Assembly: GCA_046759165.1 (NCBI GenBank)
Contig: JBHIBS010000030.1
Location: 1 to 16,547 of the forward strand
Source of the DNA: a bacterium
Lineage (GTDB): Bacteria > UBA6262 > WVXT01
DNA length: 16,547 bases
Reading direction: 5' to 3'
A program made the translations under genes and the position numbers. The notes under the pieces were generated by a model. That model ran no database searches. It was not told the DNA's origin and saw only the letters and a program-made list of their open reading frames with translations. Positions 1-6,163 of this stretch are shown here, one piece after another. How positions within the stretch are numbered: the stretch's first letter is position 1; each line of letters starts with the position of its first letter.

Positions 1-1013
1 GATGAAATGAAACCTTCAATGTAAGTATCTTTCTTAAATTCAACTTTGTCGAAGATGCCCGCATCTACAAGGATAACATTCATTTTCAAATAATTACTAG
101 CATCTCCAACTGGGTCCTGAAATTTAACTCTCACTCCATTAGAAGCGACAATAGTACCTTCACCTCCAACTACTCCAAAATCAAGCGAGCCCCAATCTTT
201 TCTAAAATTATACACCTTCCCATCTTCCATAATAAAGGGGTCAGGCGGGTCCCCAGTCCCCATGTCCACAGCCCCAGCAAGAAGCTCCCCTTCATCAACC
301 GAGGGGAAAGCTAATTCAGGAACATCTGACCATTCTTCAATATAAGGATCGCCCACGATTCTATCTTCTTGTATAATCCAGCTGTTACTCTTCACTTCTT
401 GAGAAGAATCCACAGTAAGCGTCTTACCAGCTTGAATGAGAATCATTTCATCCAATCCCCACCATCCTTCCTGGGCACTTGTGTAAACGGAACCATTATT
501 ATTATCATCAGGAATCACTGTGGTGTTCTCATTAAACCACAGATAACCATTACTGTGAATATTCCCCTTGATTGTGGTTGGGTCAAAAATCCAAACACCT
601 CCAGCCACCCGAATGGCTTGTGCAGCTTGTTGTGGTGTTCGCTGAACGACTGTTTCTACTCTTCTTGTCGCCTTTGGGTTCGCGGCGTCAGGAATATGGG
701 CAACCGAAGTGATTAGGTATCGATTAAGTGGTTGACCAGCTGTAGAAACAGTAACCGTATAAGTGCCATCTCCAAGACTATTGGTAGTAGGTCCTCTGTA
801 ATTGGGATTCCCTTTCAATTGACTTATTGCAAACTCCACTCCACCATCCGCAATATAGAAAGTAGCATCTGACAATCTTTCTTGCACTGCAAATCTGGTT
901 TCATGTATACCTATAGCAACGAGGCCAACTCCAATAATGGATAAAACAACCATGGCTACAAGTGCCAACATTAGTCCAATTCCTCTCTCGTTTACCCAAC
1001 TAATTTTTATCAT
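1..1013 (-). CDS. PilX-like type IV minor pilin / pilus assembly protein, 3' end beyond the window
   Basis: Manual translation from ATG 1013 (SD GGAGG upstream) is open to the window edge: MIKISWVNERG|IGLMLALVAMVVLSIIGVGLVAIGIHETRFAVQERLSDATFYIADGGVEFAISQLK... This is a prepilin-like G cleavage site, a hydrophobic helix without Glu5, and the PilX-N-type 'FYIADGGVEFA' motif. It is missing from the ORF track because no stop lies in the window. Confidence 0.85.
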   Translation of the reverse strand, partial: MIKISWVNERGIGLMLALVAMVVLSIIGVGLVAIGIHETRFAVQERLSDATFYIADGGVEFAISQLKGNPNYRGPTTNSLGDGTYTVTVSTAGQPLNRYLITSVAHIPDAANPKATRRVETVVQRTPQQAAQAIRVAGGVWIFDPTTIKGNIHSNGYLWFNENTTVIPDDNNNGSVYTSAQEGWWGLDEMILIQAGKTLTVDSSQEVKSNSWIIQEDRIVGDPYIEEWSDVPELAFPSVDEGELLAGAVDMGTGDPPDPFIMEDGKVYNFRKDWGSLDFGVVGGEGTIVASNGVRVKFQDPVGDASNYLKMNVILVDAGIFDKVEFKKDTYIEGFIS

Positions 1014-1273
1014 TTTCGTCCTCCAATGCTTCAGTTAGAGCCAGAATAGCCGCTGACAGTGCCGCTATCGTTTACAGAAACGCTATCGTTGCCTTAAGGC
1101 CTTACAGAATATATTACAAAATAATCTCCATTATCTGAGGTATCACGCCCATAATTACTTCCCGAGGTAAAAAGGCCCGCAAGAAAAAGGCTGACAATTA
1201 ACCCTCAACTCCACTCGGGAGTGTCCTTAAGTCACTTCAGCCTGGCTAATTTAACTATGTTAGGATAAGATGT

Positions 1274-1426
1274 TTAATCTTGCGTAGCTCTTACTATTTC
1301 TTCTATTGTTATTATACCTTGTTTGACCTTATCCATACCATCTTCTTTGAGCGTCTCCATTCCCGAGTTCCAGGCAGCTTTTTGCCTTATGAGTACTGCG
1401 GTAGAAATGGCAGTTGCAGTTATCTT
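1274..1426 (-). pseudogene. C-terminal remnant of a PilB/GspE-type secretion ATPase
   Basis: Translates as KITATAISTAVLIRQKAAWNSGMETLKEDGMDKVKQGIITIEEIVRATQD*, matching the typical PilB/GspE C-terminus (GMxTLxEDGxxKVxxGxTTxEEVxRV). An in-frame TGA lies just upstream and no ATPase core is present. Confidence 0.75.
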
Positions 1427-1535
1427 ACTTCATACATCATAATTTTTTACTTATGGAATATGATGTATGATTTATAATTCCTTTCCTTTTTGGACCCGTT
1501 TTTCCTTCTGTGTTCCTATTCTATCCTTCATTATG

Positions 1536-1564
1536 ATATTATATCGATTTTTGCCATTTGGCAA
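1536..1564 (-). promoter_or_regulatory. Possible sigma70 promoter with a palindrome over the -35 element
   Basis: Minus strand TTGCCA (1564-1559), then TATAAT at 15 bp or TAATAT at 17 bp spacing. Palindrome TTGCCA-TT-TGGCAA at 1551-1564. Confidence 0.35.
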
Positions 1565-1609
1565 TTGGTTTTTTTTGTTTGTCGACACTAAAATTACTAA
1601 TTTACCAGG

Positions 1610-2440
1610 GGTATTATCCAGAATTTTGTTTAATTTTAAAAAGAGGTCTATTCTCCATTTGCAATTTAAGCAATAGAACTAGAAAGAATAATTCTTTCCT
1701 CACTCTCTCTATTCTGAGAACAACTCATCGGCCGAGTCCTCTTCCTCACTTCCCTGAAGAGCCGTTCAATAGTCTTGGGGACCGTAGTCTCTTCCAATCT
1801 TCCACAGGACATGCGAAGCAGGTTACCAACTCTTTTATCTCCTCCTTCAGAAATTCTACCGCTTTAGGTACCACAGGACGCCATATCCTCGCCGATTTCT
1901 TGAAATTCCATACCGCTTCTTTATAAGATTCAGCTCCATATATATTTCTTGCACCATTGATACAAAGCTTTTGCAATTTCTTTGGTATCTTATTAGCCAC
2001 ATTCCTTAACTTATGAGCCCACAATCTTTCTTTATCTACTCCCGGATAAACCAATTTTATCGCATTCCTTAACCCTTTGTTCCCATCTATCCTCCCCAGT
2101 CTCAAATGCTTTCCCTCTAATCCCCGATAATACAGCTTATTGAGAAAATGCTCCCAGGCATTTTGTGACTCTCCTTCGCCTACTAAATAAGAATCTCCCA
2201 CTTCTTTCAATCCCATATGCTGCCAGTATGCACCTTCTCTTCTTCATCGCCGGGCTTTTGGCATTTAAAAATATCCTATCTAATATCAAACATACATACT
2301 CATCTTTAATAGCTCGATTATGAAACCTCCTCACTAAACTATCCAATCTCTTGCTGATCTGGGAAACACTCCTTGCCAAAAGAAGAATACCCCTTTTATT
2401 GCCTTGTCAAATCAAATTACACAAAAAATTCTAAATTACC
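1610..2440 (-). mobile_element. Degenerate, internally deleted IS256-family insertion sequence
   Basis: Imperfect 27-bp terminal inverted repeats at 1610-1636 (GGTATTATCCAGAATTTTGTTTAATTT) and 2414-2440 (reverse complement GGTAATTTAGAATTTTTTGTGTAATTT), 19/27 identical. They enclose transposase fragments. Confidence 0.75.
1650..2379 (-). pseudogene. IS256 (Mutator-like) transposase pseudogene, frameshifted and N-terminally deleted
   Basis: Three frames: SVSQISKRLD...YVCLILD...ILAAYGI (2379-2200); ESQNAWEHFLNKLYYRGL...DGNKGL...WAHKLRN (2216-1780); TIERLFREVRKRTRPM (about 1775-1720). These are IS256 signature motifs. Confidence 0.9.
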
Positions 2441-2889
2441 AGCAGGTCTGAATTAGCCAAATCCTTAAGGGTAACCAGAACAAGAATAATCAAGATAACC
2501 AATCTTTTGGGGATTCCTCCTTCAATTAAAGAAATAATCCTATCTTTAGGGGAATACCTAAATAAATCCATTAATTACAGGAAGAGATCTAAGAAAACTT
2601 TTAAAATTTAAAGGATGTGATGTTATTTGCAAATGAGGGCATTAAATGAAACGATTAACAAAAGGGGGAAATGACCACAAAAGGGTTTGAAGTGTATGTG
2701 ATTTTAGAGATGTATTGTGTGGTAGGAATTTATTGGGATTTGCTATAGGAAAAGATAAAACTTTTAAGCTAAGAATCTTGGGATAGTTCTTTTGTTTCTG
2801 GTGGCCTTTTCTTTCGCATTTGAGCCTTTTTTTATTGTCTATCTTTTCAATGAGAATGCACAAAAATTGGATTTTCAAGTAGTTCAATA

Positions 2890-3175
2890 TTATTTAGTGT
2901 TACCAGAGCATTTTCTCATATTTGCATTTGTCCTATTAACCTCTCGTAATATCCTCCTTAATTCCCGCTTTTTCCCATGAGTAGCCGTATAAATTTTATA
3001 TCTGTAATTTTCTTCCTTACCCCCTTTCCATTTAAGCCGGATTAAGACCGAGTTCTTCCATCAGTTTCGGCCAATGATACTTTAGATTTCTTTCAGAGAT
3101 AAGGTTTTGTCTGACCATATGTTTTTGGGTAATCTTTTCATTTCCTAAAAGATGATTAATGATTACTATTTTCAC
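2890..3175 (-). pseudogene. Possible frameshifted small hypothetical gene
   Basis: GTG 3175 with upstream AAAGGAA gives a 47-aa ORF ending at 3032. A start-less frame (KWKGGKEENYRYKIY...RELRRILREVNR) continues to 2890. No family recognised. Confidence 0.25.
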
Positions 3176-3401
3176 AAGTTCCTTTTTTTCCTTTTCTCCT
3201 TTTGGACCTCTTCCAAATTCGGTCTAATTCGGCTACAGAGATATCTGCAATCTTTTCGAAATGCCACCAATATTCGGGTAATCCATCATCTTCAAAAAGG
3301 AAACAAACACCCACAAGACGTTCATTGCAACGGTGGTTTGCTCCCCCTCGACAGTAAGGACATTCCCTGGCTATCTTTTCCCGTAGTTGTTTCAATGTCA
3401 T
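3156..3401 (-). CDS. Small hypothetical protein with CPYC and two further Cys, basic C-terminus
   Basis: 81-aa ORF with ATG start and protein-like composition; possible Zn-binding. No family recognised. Confidence 0.5.
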   Translation of the reverse strand: MTLKQLREKIARECPYCRGGANHRCNERLVGVCFLFEDDGLPEYWWHFEKIADISVAELDRIWKRSKRRKGKKGTCENSNH

Positions 3402-3549
3402 CTTGCTAATCCCTACAATAAATAGTTCCTATTTGTCTTTTAATCCCTAAAAAAATCGTTACTATCAGCTCGATTTTATAAAGGTCAATTTTCTGAATTT
3501 ACCAGTCCTTGAATCTAGGCATTAAAGGACAAGAACCGTTGATTTTTTC

Positions 3550-3578
3550 TTGCATTAGGCAGTTTTTATTTATATAAT
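3550..3578 (+). promoter_or_regulatory. sigma70-type promoter upstream of the cassette array (Pc-like)
   Basis: TTGCAT (3550-3555), 17 bp, TATAAT (3573-3578). Confidence 0.7.
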
Positions 3579-3589
3579 TTTTTGGCGTA

Positions 3590-3630
3590 AAACCAAGGGT
3601 CGACCGAGGTTGTCAATATACCCTTGGTTT
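3590..3630 (+). other. Strong leader stem-loop
   Basis: Perfect 11-bp inverted repeat AAACCAAGGGT (3590-3600) / ACCCTTGGTTT (3620-3630) right after the predicted transcription start. Confidence 0.6.
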
Positions 3631-3685
3631 CCTTCGCTTTTCAATCTAGCTTTAACAAGAAGAGCTTTGTTACAGATTGCATAAA

Positions 3686-3753
3686 CGAAGTACTTCGCAA
3701 AATATACCAATTTGGGAGCATAGATGAAGTATTTCGCTTATTCTAAGTTAGAT
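3686..3753 (+). other. Putative attI-like recombination site at the start of cassette 1
   Basis: Core site GTTAGAT (3747-3753) has no attC-type inverted structure in front of it. It is preceded by two near-identical palindromes, CGAAGTACTTCG (3686-3697) and TGAAGTATTTCG (3725-3736). Confidence 0.45.
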
Positions 3754-3790
3754 GCAATTTTCGGCTTAAACTGATAAAGGAAAGCACAAC

Positions 3791-4306
3791 ATGGATATAA
3801 AAATAAGAAAAGAGGAAGAAAAGGACTATAAAAAGGTTTATGAAGTAAACCGGTTGGCTTTTCAACAAGAAAATGAAAGTAAACTGATTGAGAAAATCAG
3901 AAAAGGTGAAAACTTTGTTCCTGAACTCTCACTTGTAGCTGAGATTGGCAACGAAATTGTCGGACATATTCTTTTTTCAAAAATAAAAATCATTGGGAAT
4001 TCTGTCTTTGAGTCTCTTGCTCTGGCTCCCATGGCAGTTATCCCTAAGTTTCAGAAACAAGGTATCGGAGGTAAATTAATTAAAAAAGGGCTTGAAAAAG
4101 CGAAAAGGCTGGGTTTTGATTCCATAATTGTGCTAGGGCATAAAGAATATTATCCAAAATTTGGATTTCAAAGAGCGTCAAAATGGAGTATAAAATGTCC
4201 TTTTGAGGTTCCTGACGAAGTTTTTATGGCAATTGAATTAACTAAAAAAGCGTTAGAATGTAAGGCTGGAACTGTCAAGTATCCCGAGGAATTCATGGAA
4301 GATTAA
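3791..4306 (+). CDS. GNAT family N-acetyltransferase (YhbS-like), integron cassette 1
   Basis: Motifs SLVAE...IVGHILFS, LAPMAV.P.FQKQGIGGKLI (acetyl-CoA-binding QxxGxG), VLGH..YYPKFGF. SD AAGGA upstream. Confidence 0.93.
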   Translation: MDIKIRKEEEKDYKKVYEVNRLAFQQENESKLIEKIRKGENFVPELSLVAEIGNEIVGHILFSKIKIIGNSVFESLALAPMAVIPKFQKQGIGGKLIKKGLEKAKRLGFDSIIVLGHKEYYPKFGFQRASKWSIKCPFEVPDEVFMAIELTKKALECKAGTVKYPEEFMED

Positions 4307-4354
4307 TAGCAAATAACATGGATGAAGTCTGAAACAAATTCAGCCGAAAACTGC

Positions 4355-4448
4355 ATCTAACAGCGGATACCCGGCTCCACACTTCGTGCTTCGCTCAAAT
4401 CGCCTCGCCATTGGCTCGACAACTTCGGGTATCCGCGGAACGTTATGC
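4355..4448 (+). repeat. attC site 1
   Basis: R'' ATCTAAC ... R' GTTATGC with inner stem GCGGATACCCG/CGGGTATCCGC. R'' is complementary to the GTTAGAT core at the start of the same cassette (3747). Confidence 0.85.
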
Positions 4449-4483
4449 GAAATCGGCCACAAGTCACACAAGGAGTGTATCCT

Positions 4484-4990
4484 ATGTCAGCAGAAGAAAA
4501 CAAGATCCTAAAGGTTGAAACCAAGCTACAGAAACTTGGCCTCATCCTCCCAGAACCATTAAAAACCCCACCGGGGATGAAGTTACCCTTCCCGTGGGTG
4601 AGGGTGCGGGGCAATCGGGCCTACATCTCGGGACATGGTCCTCAGAACCCTGATGGCTCAATCGCACATCCGCTAGGCAAAGTGGGCGGGGACTTGTCAC
4701 TAAATGAAGCCTACCAGGCAGCACGGTTAACCGCACTGTCTATCCTGGGGAGCCTCAAGCGTGAACTGGGCGACCTGGACCAGGTAGTGGCCTGGCTGAG
4801 GGTCCTTGGTATGGTCAGCTCGGCACAGGGCTTCAATCAGCAACCACTGGTGATCAATGGCTTCTCCGACCCGATCCTTGAACTGCACGGACCCGAAAGG
4901 GGACTTCACGCACGCTCGGCCGTGGGTATGGCAGAGTTGCCGTTCGGCATCCCAGTCGAGATTGAGGCCGAGGTCGAGATCATCGGTTAG
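4484..4990 (+). CDS. RidA/YjgF/YER057c/UK114 family protein, integron cassette 2
   Basis: AYISGHGP...GKVG...AARLTALSILGSLK..LGDLD...NGFSD...HARSAVGMAELPFGIPVEIE. Likely start is ATG 4484 (SD AGGAG); the ORF-track start at 4445 lies inside the attC core. Confidence 0.92.
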   Translation: MSAEENKILKVETKLQKLGLILPEPLKTPPGMKLPFPWVRVRGNRAYISGHGPQNPDGSIAHPLGKVGGDLSLNEAYQAARLTALSILGSLKRELGDLDQVVAWLRVLGMVSSAQGFNQQPLVINGFSDPILELHGPERGLHARSAVGMAELPFGIPVEIEAEVEIIG

Positions 4991-5104
4991 CATCCGAATT
5001 GGCCCATCCATCGAGCAGGTCTTTGACTGCGTGACCAGGCCGGGCTAAGAAACATGACGTCCCGCTCTCAATAACTGAGCAATGACATAAAGCTGGGCAG
5101 CGTC

Positions 5105-5195
5105 GCATAACACGCCGTAAGCGACTTTACTTCGTTCCGCCCAAAACCGCCTCCGCTGCACTTCGACGGCTTCGGTTACGGCGAGCACGTTGCGA
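5105..5195 (+). repeat. attC site 2
   Basis: R'' GCATAAC; TCGCATAAC (5103-5111) is the exact complement of GTTATGCGA (4442-4450). Inner stem CGCCGTAA/TTACGGCG; GTT at 5189-5191. The central region resembles attC1. Confidence 0.85.
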
Positions 5196-5232
5196 AATCG
5201 CCTTCTAAAAAGAAAAATAGAAGGAAACTACT

Positions 5233-5400
5233 ATGGATAAATCAATACCCAATTCCTACTTCAAATTCATTTCTTTCAACTACAAATTTCGGGATTTCTT
5301 CTTGCCCCGCATGAATATCTTGAAAGAAGTGGGGATAATTTGTTACCATTTTTTAACACAAATGCCCAAAAATGCCGTAAGATCCAGTAAGTTTCCATAA
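5233..5400 (+). pseudogene. Truncated cassette 3, N-terminus resembling a class I SAM-dependent methyltransferase
   Basis: ATG 5233 with SD AAGGA; MDKSIPNSYFKFISFNYKFRDFFLPRMNILKEVGI, then unrelated-looking residues to TAA 5400. The N-terminus resembles (from memory) small methyltransferases in which KEVGI precedes the VLDxGCGxG motif, which is absent here. No following attC. Confidence 0.55.
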
Positions 5401-5450
5401 AATAAAAAATCCCAAAGCTACTTGCAAACTCAAGGAGAGTTGAGATTTTT
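5400..5450 (-). terminator. Possible intrinsic (perhaps bidirectional) terminator between the convergent units
   Basis: Imperfect hairpin AAAAATCTCAA...TTGGGATTTTT on the minus strand, followed by T-rich sequence, about 60 bp downstream of coaE. Confidence 0.4.
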
Positions 5451-5510
5451 GTGGGTCTTTCTTAGGTCTACTATTTCCTGCTTTTTGTTTACGAAACTGT
5501 CGCTCTGCCG

Positions 5511-6152
5511 CTACTGACATAAACTGAGCAATTCTTTCCAGATCAATTCCACCTGCTTTCGCAAACTGGTAGAATCCGAATCACCATTAATAACGTAATC
5601 TGCGTGTTTCTTCTTCTTATAGAGAGGAATTTGCGCACCTATCCTGGCTCTGGCCTCCTTAACAGTAAGATTATCGTCCTCCCGTAATCTCTCAATTTGT
5701 ATTTTCTGAGGCACATAAACGAGAACTATCTTATCGACTAGATACTCAAGTTTAGCCTCAAATAGAAGAGGTATATCCACCAGCAGAACATTCCCCTTCC
5801 TTCCACTTGCTCCCAGCTTAGACAGTCTTGTGAGTTTCTGAAATTCCCTTATCTTTCTCTTTATTTCAGCAACGATTTTGGGATGCATAATTGCGTTTAG
5901 GCATTTCCTCTTTTGTCTATTTCCAAATATTATGTGAGCCAGCCTTTTTCGGTTCAATCTACCGTTTCTATTTAATACTTCCTGGCCGAATTTCTTAACT
6001 ATCTCTTCGAAAACTTTTGTGCCAGCCCTGGTCAACTGGTGAGCAATTTCATCGGTATCGATAGTTCTGCAACCAAAATTCTTGAATATCTTGACCACTG
6101 TGCTTTTCCCTGAAGATATTCCTCCTGTCAAACCCACAACGAGCATATCCAA
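5511..6152 (-). CDS. coaE: Dephospho-CoA kinase
   Basis: VGLTGGISSGKSTV P-loop, D.DEIAH, LNAIMHP, DIPLLFE, ARIGAQ, ADYVING. Start is TTG 6152 or ATG 6146. Confidence 0.96.
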   Translation of the reverse strand: MDMLVVGLTGGISSGKSTVVKIFKNFGCRTIDTDEIAHQLTRAGTKVFEEIVKKFGQEVLNRNGRLNRKRLAHIIFGNRQKRKCLNAIMHPKIVAEIKRKIREFQKLTRLSKLGASGRKGNVLLVDIPLLFEAKLEYLVDKIVLVYVPQKIQIERLREDDNLTVKEARARIGAQIPLYKKKKHADYVINGDSDSTSLRKQVELIWKELLSLCQ

Positions 6153-6163
6153 TTTTCTCCTTT

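Noticed and set aside
369-716. 115-aa plus-strand ORF
   Set aside because: Antisense shadow of the PilX-like gene.
1280-1926. Plus-strand ORFs 1280-1477, 1467-1676 and 1558-1926
   Set aside because: Antisense to the pilB remnant and IS256; biased composition and no motifs.
2441-2980. Short ORFs in the AT-rich stretch (2642-2887 minus, 2792-2980 plus, and a ~45-codon minus frame running into the IS end)
   Set aside because: No RBS or recognisable motifs; cannot be supported as genes.
3686-3697. LexA box
   Set aside because: CGAAGTACTTCG does not fit CTGT-N8-ACAG or CGAAC-N4-GTTCG spacing.
3680-3753. A third attC before the GNAT gene
   Set aside because: No RYYYAAC paired with the GTT in the architecture seen in attC1 and attC2; treated as attI-like instead.
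4357-5048. Overlapping alternative-frame ORFs within the RidA cassette
   Set aside because: Expected by-product of high GC; the RidA frame explains the region.
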